From assembly GCA_010015585.1 (NCBI GenBank), contig ML975150.1: DNA of 64,000 nt. One strand, 5' to 3'. The first letter of the stretch is position 1; each line of letters begins with the position of its first letter. The DNA is from Eremomyces bilateralis CBS 781.70. Its lineage: Eukaryota. Below, one piece after another: positions 25,200-38,987 of this stretch. A program made the position numbers and the translations under genes. The notes beneath the pieces were generated by a model, which was not told where the DNA came from, ran no database searches, and saw nothing but the letters and a program-made list of their open reading frames with translations.

Positions 25200-26436
25200 A
25201 TGACTTCCCGACCGACCGTCACGATCATTTCGCCTGAGGGCAAGCCGAGCAATGCCTCGCACCCGCTTCCCGACGTCTTCAAGTGCCAAATCCGCCCGGA
25301 TATCGTCCAGTAAGCTTGAAGATGCGCAATGGAAGGTTGGAGGACACAATGGCTGATAATATACCACAGGGCGGTGCACACTGGCATGGCCAAGAACAAG
25401 CGACAGCCGTATGCTGTGAGCGAGAAGGCTGGTCACCAGACCTCTGCTGAGTCCTGGGGAACTGGTACGATTCTTCAACAGCCAAACCTTTAATTTCAGC
25501 GTTGACGATGATTTTCTCGCAGGTCGTGCCGTCGCCCGTATCCCTCGTGTCTCCGGTGGTGGTACGCACCGTGCTGGTCAGGCTGCCTTCGGAAACATGT
25601 GCCGCTCCGGCCGCATGTTCGCCCCGACCAAGGTGTGGAGGAAGTGGCACCAGAAGATCAACCTAGGCCAGAAGCGATTCGCTACCGCCTCCGCCCTCGC
25701 TGCCTCATCGAACGCCGCTCTCCTTATGGCCCGTGGCCACCGCGTCTCAACTGTCGCCGAAGTTCCCCTCGTCGTTGCCTCCAGCGCTTTCGAGGGTGCT
25801 GCCATCACCAAGACCCAAGCCGCCATCTCCTTCTTGAAGGCGGTCGGTGCCGGCCAGGAGTTGGAGAAGGTCAAGGCCTCCAAGAAGCTGCGTGCCGGTA
25901 AGGGTAAGCTGCGAGGTCGCCGCTACAGGCAGCGACGCGGCCCTCTCGTCGTCTACTCCCCGGAGACGGACGGCAAGGAGCTCATCAAGGCGTTCCGCAA
26001 CATCCCCGGTGTCGAGACCTCCTCCGTCTACGACCTCAACCTCCTCCAGCTCGCCCCCGGTGGTCACCTCGGCCGCTTCATCATCTGGACCTCGTCCGCC
26101 TTCGCCGCGCTCGACCAGATCTACGGCTCCACTACCGAAGCCTCCGCGTTGAAGAAGGACTTCCTCCTCCCCTCCGCCCTCGTCGCGCAGCCCGACATCG
26201 GCAAGATCATCAACTCCTCCGAAATCCAGGCCGTGCTCCGTCCGGTCAAGGGCGGTGCCATCACCAAGCGCACCCAGGTGCAGAAGAAGAACCCGCTCCG
26301 TAACAGGCAGGTGCTCCTCCGTCTCAACCCGTACGCGGCACAGTACTCGAAGGACAAGGTTGGCCAGCAGAAGGTGACGGGCGAGAAGGCGCCGAAGACA
26401 AGCGAGCTGTTCCTGGACGTGATCAACGAGCCGTAG
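25200..26436 (+). CDS. RPL4: 60S ribosomal protein L4 (uL4), 3 exons
   Basis: [52 protein letters not shown] and [12 protein letters not shown]; strong codon bias. Confidence 0.99.
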
Positions 26437-26614
26437 GCGACGGTGGCGGGTTTCTTTCGATAATCACGGCGTGTCTTTGAACAGTTAGCACGGTTACTGG
26501 CGCATAAAACCATCAGTCTAGTCCGGGGTGGACAAATGGAATAGCATTCTATTTTCTGAATTCCCACCATGTCTTCTCTCTATTCTTGTGAAATGCTGAC
26601 ATTACATCAAGTCG

Positions 26615-27040
26615 TCATAAACTACTAACATATTGAGCATTCCGCATCACCTCCAACAAATCCCCTCTCTTGAACATCTCCGCACACTCCCACGCATTCG
26701 GCCTCCCGCCTTCCATATCTGCACCTCCCTCCACCAACACCTTCACCGCATCCACATGGCCCTTGAACACGGAACCCGCCAGTGAGCTCTGACCTCGATC
26801 GTTGAGTGAATTCGGACCCGCACCAGCGTCCAAGAGCATCTTCGTTGTATCCGCGTGTCCATGGTACGAAGCCAGCATTAGGAACGTGTCGCCAGCTTGA
26901 TTTGTGAAGTTTGGTGGGATTCCCGCGGCGATATATGATTTTAGAACGGATGTGTCACCGGCTCGCGCGAAATCAAAGGGTTTCGTCGCAAGGTTGAGGG
27001 CTTCTAGTGGTAGAGAAGAGGCGGGAGTTGTGGTTGCCAT
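26615..27040 (-). CDS. Small intronless ankyrin-repeat protein
   Basis: FDFARAGD, GDTFLMLASYHGH, NDRGQSSLAGSVFKG. Confidence 0.9.
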   Translation of the reverse strand: MATTTPASSLPLEALNLATKPFDFARAGDTSVLKSYIAAGIPPNFTNQAGDTFLMLASYHGHADTTKMLLDAGAGPNSLNDRGQSSLAGSVFKGHVDAVKVLVEGGADMEGGRPNAWECAEMFKRGDLLEVMRNAQYVSSL

Positions 27041-27550
27041 TTCGTAGTAGTACAATCAGGAAGGACACTGGGGAAGTTACTAGAAGTGAAATTGCGCCTG
27101 GTGAACCTAATTAAATGCATTTATAGACTGAAGTAGAAAGAGATTCTCAATTACAATTACATCGGCTTAAATTCCACTTGATAATGCTGCATCATCCTGA
27201 TTATTCACTTCATTCACCTTGAAACTGATATCTCCGATGGTCCGTGCGTCTGATTCGAAGAGATTCGACATCTGGACATTTCGCGTTGATATTGGTCATA
27301 AATCCAACAGTTTCTCCCCATCCACATTCTTTCGCGCTGCGTGCAACTTACCAGGTCGACATCACCGGAGACGTTCTTTCCAGCTTATCCGATTTTGCTT
27401 CTAGGCGGCACCTCATCACCGCCAGAGCGCGTTACCCATCACGCTCAACGCGCCGCATTCTGTACCACATCAACGCAGGCCTACCAACTCTCGTGCCTAC
27501 ACATCACGTCTCCAACCATTCCGACACCGTCATAACCACTCAACTTCAAA

Positions 27551-28506
27551 ATGGCCTCACCCCCACCTCTCAACCCCTTCCCCAAGAAACGCTCCTCCCT
27601 CGCCCCCCCCGGGCCCCCCAATAAACGCCGCAAAGCCAGCACTGGCCCCTCCCTCCTCCGCCAAACCTCCTTCCCCCCCGACTCCCACCCCCAGCAATTC
27701 TCTCGCTCCCCCTCCGTCGACTCCTCCGTTATCGCCGGCACCCCCGGGGCCGGCACCCCGTCGATCGTGTCGGCGGGCGGCGGCGGCAAGAAGAAGCGCA
27801 AGAGGAAGGGGAAGGGCGGGGAGGTGGACGGGGACGCGCGGAGCTTGACGGGGAGCGCGGCGAAGGGGGTGGGGGCGGCGACGGGGACGCCAAGCGTGGT
27901 GGAGGGGGAGGGAGAGGAGGAAGAGGAGGAGGGGGATGGGGGGGATGTGGAGGGAGGGAAGATGGATGAGGCGGAGGTGGCGCAGGAGAGGGAGCGGTTG
28001 CGGGTGTTGGTGGAGGCATTTGATGGGGGGCAGACGGAGCGATATGCGGTGTGGAGGGCGGTGAAGTTGAAGAAGGAGGTGGTGCGGAAGGTGAGTTGGC
28101 GATGGAGCGATGGTTGGAGATGCGGATGGCTAACGCGGTACAGCTTACGAATCAGACGCTCAGTCAGTCGGTGCCGCCGTCTGTCATCACGACGGTGAAT
28201 GGATACACGAAGGCGTTCGTCGGAGAGCTCGTGGAGCGGGCGAGACAGGTGCAGGTGGAATGGATGGCGGCGTCGGCCGCGCTGCCGACGGGGGAAGAAG
28301 TCCCTTCGGATGGGCCGCTGGCAGATCGGATGAAGGAGCGAGACCGCGGCCCGATTCTCCCCGACCATCTTAGAGAGGCGCTACGACGATACAAGAAGGA
28401 CCAGGAAGGAGGCGGGGCAGGTTTCCTCGGCGCAAGTCTGGATGGGGTGCAGGCGACTGCTGCGAGGAGTCGAGGGAGGAAGCTGTTTGGGGGGCTCATT
28501 TCTTAA
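27551..28506 (+). CDS. TAF11: TFIID subunit TAF11 (TAFII28-like histone fold), intron 28091-28143
   Basis: QTERYAVWRAVKLKKEVVRK / LTNQTLSQSVP...KAFVGELVERAR...GPILPDHLREALRRY. Confidence 0.93.
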
Positions 28507-28691
28507 AGATTATGCACATGAGGATGAGAGGATGCCCCGAGGACTCACAGAATTCGGGATGGGATTACTTCTATGAAAGGCACTCAGTTCTGATATGATT
28601 GAATGGCCGAAATACACACTATCGGCTTCATTGCTCTACAACTTGACCATCGGAATTAAATACCCAGGGATCGATTGGCTCCGCGTTGAAA

Positions 28692-30679
28692 TCAAGTATC
28701 AAGGGAGACCCCTTCAAGCTTGCTCTTCTTCTGCTTGCGGCGCTTCTTCTTCCGCTCACCATCAACCACATTCGACTGCTCGTTGCCGCCCTTGTCGTCC
28801 GCCTTGCTCTCCACTTTGCTCTCCGTCTCCGCTGGCCGGCTCCTCTTCTTCGATTTGGAGCCTTTCTCCTCAGCCCTGCCAATCTGCTCACCCCTAAGAA
28901 GCTCTTGAAACCTTTCCGCGGTCGGCGCGTCGTCCGTGCCGAAGGTCTCCTTCCGCCAATTCCGCAACGCCCAATTGTTCAGCGCCTTCTTATCCTTCCT
29001 CTTCTTCTTCGGATCGCGGAATGCCGCGAGTTTCTTGAGGCCGGCGTATGTGTTCAACTGCGCGTCCGACGCGGTAAGAATGTCAAGGGGAGAGAGGCCG
29101 AAGGCGGTCGGGGACGTCTCGCGATAGCGGAAGAAACCCGTACCCTTGGACTTCGAGGAGGTGCCCACTTCGGCTGAGTTGTCGAGCATGTCGATGTCGA
29201 GGTTCGCGTCCACGAGCGCTTCGATCTTTCGGCGCTCCACACGGGCCTGATGCTTTTTCTCCTTCTTGGCCTCCTTCAGGTTCGTATCCTTCGAACTCTC
29301 TGGGCGTGTTTCATCCTCGTCGGAGAGAGCGATTCGTGCCGCTTCCGCAGGGTTCGCGTCAAAATCTGGCACCAGGTCACCAACGTCAATATCATCGTCC
29401 CATTTCGGTTTCTTGAGCTTTCGGTGCTTCTTGTCATTGCCAGAGATGCCTCCATCCAAAAAGTCTTCAGCTCGGTCCTCCCGCTCGTCGTAGTACTCGC
29501 TCCCGAAATGCTTTGCCATCTGCTTCTCCCACTTATCATCATCCCAATCTGCTTCAAGAATGCGAGCCCATTCCTCAATGTGGAACTCCTTTCCAGAAAG
29601 GCCTGCAACCTCCCGGATCTTCTCCACTTTCTCCTCCATTTCATCGATCTTCAATTTCCTCAACCGAGCCTTATCCGCCTCCCGTTCTTGTTTGTCCGCT
29701 TCCTTCCTCTCCTTCTCGGCTTCTCGTGCTCGCCTTCTCGAGCTTAGCTTCTCGCGACGCACAGACATCTCTGCGGTAACGGTACGTGAGTGGGTGCGGA
29801 GCTTCTCATTCGCGGTTTCGGGGTCTTCGAATCTCATGTTCCACGCATGCTCGACCTCGTCGGCGCGCACATCATCCTCCTCGTCGTCGGATTCGAGCGG
29901 TTGAAAGCGTGCTTTGTCTGTAGGAACCCATGCTCGTGCTGAGAGGTATTTGGACATGAAGGCCTCGGGGTCCTCATCCGCCTTTTCGATATCGTCGGCC
30001 GTAATTTTAGGTGCTGAATCGACCGCTTTGATGACTTCCTTTTGTTTAAGGAAGCCATCATCGGAATCGGAGTCTTCTTGGTTGCCGGCGTCCTTAAACC
30101 CTCGAATAAGATCGTCTTTCAATTCCTGCTGTTCCTCATCGTAGGTTTGAATCTGTGGTTCCGTATCGTCGTCGTCCTTCTGTGCTCCTCCAAGAAGGTT
30201 TTTACGGTGGTATTCTTTGAGGGACATGGACTTCTCCTTGAGCTTTGCCTCCGTGCCGTTGGCCTCATCCGGGTTGCCTTCCTCTTCATACCACTTCCGT
30301 CCTTCATCGTAGAGACTAGGGTCCTTGGAACGGATAGCATTCAGCAGATTCGATATCTCTGCATCACGCTTAACCGTCGCTGCCATCCCTTCGTCGTCTT
30401 CGGTCTCATCATCGGAGTCGGACTCGGATTCGGAGGTTTCGAGGTCGCCTTTTCCATACTTCTCTTCTACTATAACAGTTGTTAGCAAGCATAGATGAAC
30501 AAACATTTGAGGTACATACATCTTTGTTTTTCCACTCGCTTCTTATTGTGCTCAAACCGTGCTGCATACTTCTCGTTGACCTTGAACGAGACAGTTTTGC
30601 GAGCATCCTCTTCCTCATCAGAGTCGTTTAGGTCAAGCAACTTCGCCCGCTTCTGGGGCCTCTGTTGCGTCTCAGCCAT
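28692..30679 (-). CDS. KRI1: KRI1 40S ribosome biogenesis protein, one intron
   Basis: FKVNEKYAARFEHNKKRVE, IRSKDP, NMRFEDP and FRYRETSPTAFGLSPLDILTASDAQLNTYAGLKKLAAFR. Confidence 0.96.
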
Positions 30680-31073
30680 GGCGAAATATTTTCTCGATGT
30701 CTTCTTCACTATGTTTGGTGTTGGGGAGGTGTACGGCCTAATATCAAGGTCCAGATTAATATTTTTGCGGCGAAAATTGAAACCTCCGATGATCATGGTG
30801 GAGAGACAGGGGACTGGGGAGTAGTGGCCTTGTAGCCTTGTTGCCTGCTGCAGCTGTGCTGCACTGCAGCTGGACCCCTGCATTCCACATCACCTCAGCG
30901 GAGCCTGACGCTGAAGCTCCCAGCCATCGACATCATGAGTACCGGAAAACAGTATTATAGGATGCCTCGAGTCAGATATCACATTTTATCGCGTCTGTAA
31001 TTTGGCTTTGGCCTTTGAAATGCACGTTGCTATTAGTACCCGACCATAATATGGTCATATACCGACTACCACC

Positions 31074-34000
31074 ATGACTTCGACCCCCATTCCCGAAGAG
31101 AGTCAGCCGGCTCTTAAACCAGTCCAACGTCCCTTAAGTCTAATGTACGTTGGCTAAAGCCCATTGAAGTTGGATTTCTAGCTGTACGACTGTTCCAGTT
31201 GCTAATATTTCATACCCCAGACCCGTCGGCCTCAAAGAAGCCGCCCTCGACAGTCCCACGTTTCGCGCAACCGCAGTCCACTTCAGCGAACAGATCGACC
31301 TTATCGAACGATGGCTAGATGGCTTGGTTCGAGCCACAAGCCGAGTTGCCAGCGATGTTAGCTCTCTGGAAAACCATATAAACAACTTCCTCCTTTCTTG
31401 CACGCCTCCGCCGCAGATCTCGGAAGCTGCCATTGACCATGACTATACGAGCCTGGCGTCGAAGCTGTACTCCGACGGCGTCAGAGCGTCTGCGAGCAGT
31501 ATGATAAGATGGACGAAGAGGCTCGAAAACACCGTCGCTGAACCTATCCGTGGGTTCCTTCGAGATGACTTGAGAAAGCTGAAGGATGCGCGCAAAGACC
31601 TGGAGGCGGCGCAACGTGCCTTTGATACTGCTCTATCACGATATCTCGGCCAAGGGAAAACAAAAGAAGCTTCAAGCTTACGAGAAGATGCGTTCCAGCT
31701 GCATGAAGCGCGGAAGTCTTACCTCAAGGCATCCATGGACTTTTGCATATTGGTGCCCCACTGCCGAAACTCTCTGGACAAGCTCCTATTGAAAGTCTTC
31801 TCGGATCAGTGGAGGGAGATGAAACAATCTCGAGACAGCGTTACGAGCGTCCTTGATAAATTCACGCCCGAAATGGACCGCGTCCGTGGTTGGAGTAGAG
31901 AAATGGAGAACAGCGAGATGATATTCCGCCGGGAGCTAGCCATGGCGCGAAGACAGATCGAAGATACTGCAGAAACTGCAGCTCGTCCGTCAAGAGAACT
32001 TGACTCTTATGCGATCTATTCCGTCCCAGCTGCTGGGACGGCCCCGCCTGGTACTGCCCCATTTCCTTCACCCGCAAAGCCCGGACCGCCGAAATCCGAG
32101 AAACAGAGCTGGCTATTCCAAAAGACTACGACAGGGAAACCAGCAAGGACTCTCTGGGTCCGACGATGGTTTTTTGTGAAGCATGGCATCTTCGGATGGC
32201 TCGTCCAAGGCTTGCGATCCGGGGCGGTTGAGGAGTCCGAGAAAATTGGAGTTCTCCTCTGTGGTGTTCGACCCGCTAGCGGAGAGGAGAGGCGGTTTTG
32301 TTTCGAGGTGAAGACTAAAGACACGACAATTACCTTGCAAGCGGAGACACCGGCTGAGTTGAGCGATTGGCTGAATTCCTTCGACCTCGCGAAAAGGAAA
32401 GCGTTGGAAGGCAGCCACATTGTAGGATTGATTGGCTCTGGGACTCCTGATCCTGCTTTTGCAATTAGCCCACCTATTGCACCAGAATTTGCCGCAAAGA
32501 CCGGCGACGGAGCAGTGAGCAGTGCCCTTGAAGAAGGATCTCTTGATCGTGCAGGAACCCTGCCAGTGTCCGAGCATAATAGTATTTCTGGGAGCCTGGC
32601 CGCCCGAGGAGGGAGCGTCGATGTCTCACGCAAATCGATGGTCGAGAGGGATGGTGAAAGCAGCAGAGATCATGCAGCACGGATTATTCAGAGGCTTGAT
32701 CTACATCGCAAAGGAACAGGCGGGCTTTCCCAGCCTGGTCATAGTAGCAACGTCGCTTCGGGGGGCATTGCAAGCCTGGTCTCAGCAACGCACAACGTCG
32801 TTCCCATCGGGGTCGGAGCTTCGCCTGGTCCAGCGACTCTTGACACGAAACCACCCCCCCAGAGCAGTCCTTCGTCCAGCCTTGCCCCATCAACCTTGGC
32901 GATTGCACCGGCTCCAACAAACCTCAGCAAAACCGCTGTCATCGTCAGCGGTGAGCGAGGTTTTAGCATTAGCTCGTTGATAGGCGGCATCCCTGGCGGT
33001 TTGATGGCCAACCTATGGGGATCGGAAAACTGGGCTCACGTTAACAAACTTGAGCAACGTCCCAAAAAGTCTTCCGGAAGTGTAGAGTCTTCTCGACAGA
33101 CCAGCCCCTTGGTTGGACCCGGCACATCAATCAATAGCCCGACGGACACCCTCGGAGAATTGCCTTCGGTTACTGCTCCTCTTACTCCTCGTACTGCCAC
33201 CCCACCGTCACATCGGAAGAGTGCGAGTGCTGCCACGGTCTCGGACACGCACGATTCGAAGCCGTCACCCCGAGCGCCTTCATATCCGAATTACTATCCG
33301 CTCCCTCTTAAGGCACAGGATGCGCAATTCCGAATGCTTTTCCCGGCTGTTCCACGCGACGAGCATCTTGTCCTCGTGTTCCGAGGGACGTGGAACCCAA
33401 ATGATCAGCAAGAATTCCCCGGCCGCGTCTACGTCACGGTGAGGGACATGTACTTTTACAGCCACCACCTGGGCATGGTTTTGGTCTCGGGAGCGAGCCT
33501 GCGGGCTATCTCGGAAGTGACGGCGGCACCAGGCCGTGACTGCGACTTCATCTTCCTTCACTTCAAAGAAGGCGTCCGGGCCGATGGTGCAACACGGGTT
33601 ACCATCAAGATTTTCTTGGAACCACTCAAGCTCCTTCAGACACGTTTGAATTATCTTGTCCAAAACGCCGTTGCGGACTCTCTCGCACCGGCAGAAGAGG
33701 TATTGAAGACCCTTATCCGAATGGAAGGAACAGATGGCGTCGAAAGCCCCAGCATGGAGAGTTGGGAAGATGTCTCCGTCAATACTCCCGTGGACGGAGC
33801 ATATCCAAGGCGGGATCATGAGATCACTGCGAATCTCCGGGTTGATAACAGGTTATTCAAAGATCCCAATTTGGGCCAAATTAGTCGTAACGCCACAAAA
33901 TTCAGGTTACCATCGCAGCCCGTTGTATACACTCCCCAGGGGATGAAAGAGTCCGCCATGGAACGGGAGTTCGGGATCAGTGCGAAGGCACTGTTCCACA

Positions 34001-35392
34001 TGATATTTGGAGACAAGAGCACCATCTTCCACATGCTCTATGCGAGCCTATGTAATCAAAGTTAGTGCACCGTCGTTCACAAGAATGCCAGTTTATTGAC
34101 TTATTCGCAGCCACCATCCGGACGCCTTGGACCGCGAAGGAGAATGGAAATCACAGGCGAGATTTCCTAATTGACGGAAGCGAGATCATCCTCGCCTATC
34201 AAGTCATTGAAGTTTTGAACGATCACCTCTGCTACGTTGTTTCTGATCGGAGACGGCCGATGAAGCTGCCGAAGGCCGACAACTTTTCTGTGCTGACGAA
34301 AATCGTAATCACTCACATCTCGAAATCTCGATCCAAGCTAGGGATCTGGACAAGAGTCGACTGGCATCGACCTACGTTCGCCAAAGGAACAATATCTAGA
34401 TATGCAATGGAGGAGCAGCAGAGTATCTGCGAGCACCTTGTTCGCGTTGCGAGCGAGCAGGCCAGCACTGTCCGCTATCCCTTTTCAAGTAGGCAAGCTA
34501 CTTCTATCTATGGTGCCATTGGCTTGCTGAAATCGGACGTCTCCCTTGGTCCGCAAACGAGCGGCTCCGCAGTTGCGCAGATCTGGGAAGGCTCTGGGGA
34601 TAGTGCCCATGTTAAAGGGTCGTCTTTGCTTGCTCCAGGGAAGCTCACTGTCCCTGGTCTTATATTCATCGAGATCAAACAAAACATCTCCTGTGCAGCC
34701 GGGACGTTCGGCAGCTCGTTCTGGACAGGCATGTGCAACTGGATCACTGCATTGTCTGCTCACAAAGTTCTGGTGCTTTCTCTTCTTATATGTCTGGTTT
34801 TCAATTTCTTCTTTGTTTCACGGGATGGTTGGCAATGGTACGTGGAGCGGAACGCCCGCAGTTATATGAAGGAAATTGGGGTACATCCCGGCGTTGTGCT
34901 TCAGAAATCCGTTCGGGTTCACGAGATGATGGATATGATTCACGATTCCCACAACGTTACGTTTTCCGATGCCGCAGCTGGCCAGAGTTGGTAAGTCACG
35001 CGCAGTTTATGAAACCGTTCGATGTGGACGCACAATCCTTCTAACGCCTCGTCCATAGCCGCTCATCCTATCAAGCCCTCCTTTTAGATACCGTCGCCGA
35101 CCGTGCCGCCATTGATGCCGCGCTATCAACCAATTTTCAAAGCTCGATGAACCGACTTGGATCATATCGCCACGACCTCCTTGTTTCATTACGACTAGTC
35201 GGTCGAGTCGAGCAGCAGGTCGTCCAGGCCGAGTGGGAACGATGGCTTCTTGGTGAGAGCGAAAAGTGTCGGGGAATGCAGAAGGTGCTTGACGCCAACG
35301 AGACCGGCGATGGCGATGCCGAATTCGAAGGCTTGAAGGGCTGGTGGAACGAATATTGCGGCGATTGCCTTTCTGAGGCCCTGAAGCTGTAG
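31074..35392 (+). CDS. SIP3: Sip3/Lam1-type BAR-PH-GRAM-VASt membrane-contact lipid transfer protein
   Basis: LKEAALDSPTFRA BAR start, PH domain (EKQSWLF...WVRRWFFVK...ERRFCFEV), GRAM-like FPGRVYVT, VASt-like SAKALFHMIFGD and a C-terminal TM segment; three introns. Confidence 0.9.
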
Positions 35393-35952
35393 CCTTTTGT
35401 CTTAATGATGCCAGGAAAGTTATTTGCAGGGAGCAAATGTTTGCACGCCTAACCTAACCATTTTTGCGGTCTGGCATTACAATATTAACTGTAGATATTT
35501 ATAACTACGGTACATACATGCCTTGTTTACGACCAATTGGTAGTCCAACCACATTTAGCTGCCTCTAACCGTGATATCAGATATATCATACGAAGCAGAG
35601 CAACAACGCGATTTTTGGGACACTGGGTTGTCCGATTCTGGATATAGGTCTCGAGTCTTTTATGGTGTCCCTGACGATGTTCTCCTTTCTTTGACTACGC
35701 TAATTTTATTGTGGGCGTATATAGCCTAGTGATTAACATATTATAACCCACTTCGTATACGAGATCCAACTGATGTCCCTGTCCCTGTCGCTCATGCATC
35801 TGTGGCGCAAGTCTTTGCCAACCAGGCAGTGTTAACTACAACAAGGCTACCCTAGCTTTAAGAAGCGATGGAAGCGTCCAAAATTCTGCACTTTTGCTCG
35901 CTTCTCCGTGTAACATTTTGTGACAGCCCTTTGGGGCAATCTCGTTTTATTT

Positions 35953-37933
35953 ATGAGTACAGGAAGTCAATCCGACGGTATGTCGGCAGCAGAACAGGAT
36001 CTGGCGAAAGTGCTGGAGCACTTGCTAGCCCACTCCGCGGCAGAAGAGGTGGGTGGAGTACTGGAACGGTTGGGAAGAGGCTACTCTGTGCCTGAAAACT
36101 TCGGCCCAATCGACCCAGAATCAGAAGAGCCAGCTACAGAAGATCAAAAGCAATGTCCTCCATTGGAACTGCTAAACTCGGAAGGGGCGGCAGCTATATA
36201 CACGCCACTGAAAGAGGGTGAGATAAGGCTGGTGAGACTACATCCCGAGACTGATGAATGCCCCATTCAGTGCTCCCTCTTGAACGTTAAGAAATCAGCT
36301 GGATCGGAATACGTTGCCATATCTTATGTCTGCAAGTATTTCAGGCGATTTCTAATAAACTACGGCTAACAACGGTGTAGGGGGGGTCAAAGTGACCCAA
36401 GGACAATCCATCTCAATGGGACTCCATGGAAGATTACTCAAAACCTGGAGTCAGCCTTGCTCCACCTTCGAGATCGCTCGCGAAACGTTCTATTATGGGT
36501 AGATGCTCTCGCTATCAACCAAAACAACATCCAAGAGCGGAACAACCAAGTTTCGATTATGCAGAGGATATACTCCGGTGCCGAGCGGACTATTATCTGG
36601 TTGACTCCCTTTGATGACCCGCTGGTTGCACTCTATATCAACCTGGCAAACCTTATCGCATCGAACAAGCTCCTGATTGATCAGGTCCACCTCGAGGAAG
36701 TTCCGCTCTGGGTATTGAGTTGCACTCTGAGTATCTCCAATCTCAGTTACTGGCGCAGAGTTTGGGTTACGCAGGAGGTGATGTTCTCTCACGATGTGAC
36801 TATTCGCTATGGAGCACGTGCAATAGAGTATCACGCTTTTTCGGACCTCTGGTCTCGTTTATGTGAGAAATTCAAATACCTCCCTACACGTCTGAACAAC
36901 CCCACCTCGACTCTCTTAACGAGAGTTGCGGAGATCTCAGCGAGAATGATGCGCTTTGGGCCCAACGCACTTCCTCAAGCCGGCTCAGCTCTAGAAGGGA
37001 AATATATATCCTTATATGACTGGCAGAACTTCATACCCTGGAAACATGCGAGTGATCTCCGGGACACTGTGTTCGCCTATCACGGATGCTTTCCACCCGC
37101 AGTACGCTCACTGATAGCAGTGGACTACTATAAACCTGTAGAAGAGATATGGACGCGTATGACCCGAATTTTTATCGAGGAGTCAAAGAGCCTAGATATC
37201 ATCTTAAAAATTTGCGACAAAACACTCTCACTGCCATCTTGGGTCCCCCACTGGGCTACGGCTCGCAGGTCATCGCCCGCGACCCAAAAAGACATCTGCG
37301 CCAGTGGGCAGTTACCAGCTTTTTACCACTTCCTGGATCTAACGGATATCTTACATTTGCATGGGGTAGCTATTGGGATCGTCGAGTCCGTAGCATCGTT
37401 CGGCATTGAGTCGGTTGCGTTTACCGAATTAGACAGGATGAGCCGCGCGTCTGAAGTTCCCGGGTCCAAAATCAAGGAATACGTGGACTTCCTCTGCCGT
37501 GATTTCAACATTCATGAAGACAGTGCGGCAAAGGACGACCTCATTGCGGCTGTGGAGGTCACTAACATCGACAAGACGACGCCTAGGCAATCTAGTGTCA
37601 ACGATCATAGCGGTTTAGCCGAAACAATCGCTTTGGAGGGATGGTTGGTTTTCCTCTTTCAATACAATCGACGGGTGTTTTCCTATATTTCATTGCGAAA
37701 TGGGACAGATCTGGATTTGAAACGCCCGGAAGGCCATTCCGGCTTTGGTCTCGGGTCACAGGGAGTCGTCAAGGGCGACAGAATCTACGTCCTTCTTGGG
37801 TGTTCTACTCCAGTTTTTCACAGGAAGGACGGTGGTTGTCATTTTTTGATCGGCGAGGCAAATGTGCGGGGCCGAAGGCGTGGAGGGCATAATAACCGGG
37901 ACAGAACAGCCGGAAGACATCTTCCTGAGGTGA
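35953..37933 (+). CDS. HET-domain (HET-6-like) heterokaryon incompatibility protein, probably frame-damaged
   Basis: YTPL..GEIRLVRL, YVAISYV, ITQNLESALLHLR, LWVDALAINQ..IQERNNQVSIMQRIYSGA, YWRRVWVTQE, LPSWVPHW and GDRIYVLLGCSTP. Confidence 0.88.
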
Positions 37934-38987
37934 AAGATCCTTTTCAAACACCATCAGAGACTGTTGACTGCGGGAAAAACCGTGATCACAGCTGGGTAGC
38001 AGCGAGAACAACCGGGGGACTGATGACTTGTTCTAGAAGGATGCCAGAAGCGGCAGTGTCCAAGCCGGATGCAAAGCATTATAGACCATCAGATACAGTG
38101 AGACTTTCATGCGCATCCTTGCTTGTAGTTCTAAGATTCTAGACTCAAACACACGCCCACGACATGTTCGACGATGCGTCGTCCGACGAGATCTAGGGAA
38201 TCCAAGAGAACGGTAGAGGACGCCAGTCAGTCGATAGGCACAAACGCCACTGCTCAGCAATCTATCTCACACCTTTTCGATCCACATGCCGGTTCCTGGA
38301 ACGCCAGGAGCAAATGTAGTAGACCATCGGTCAGGCATCTTGAGTATCAGTATAGCTGTACCGTAGATGCGACCAGATACGACACCCATGGCATCAGACG
38401 TGATGGGTTTCTAGAAGCTCTGGGGTAGTCTGCGCCTCAAGCGCCGGCCCCTTGGTCCTGTCTCGAATCGTTTCAGGCGGTCATGGGGCAACAAGATCGG
38501 CGAGTGATGGCGCCCTGTCGTTCCCTGTGCAGGGGTTATGGCCCCCTGTCAGTCCGTGATGCCGCTCAGATAGATAGTAGTTATTTATGCGTGCAAGACG
38601 TCAGGTGTCTATACCGGCGAAAATAGTTGAAAGTGAAGATTTTCAAGACAATATTGGCGAAGACGTGTCAGACATGACATTGGCAGTCTCGGGAGACGCA
38701 AATTGAGCACGATGATTGGAGGTATTAGAAGAGATCAATAGTGGGATTCATGCCGTCTCTTGCATAACGTAGGCATCTCACAATGCTTCCCTTGAAGAAT
38801 AATGCGTAGACGGAGTATTTAGCTCACTTATAATCGACGCATCGGCTTATTCTCTGTGGCCTTCTTGCTATGGTGTTTGTCTTCCCTCATTTCTGTCGAC
38901 TGCCCCCATTGCAAGCAATCCATTTCGATTCGATCATTCTCTAGGACAATTTTGTTACGTTGATCGTAACTATACTTTCCAATTAGC

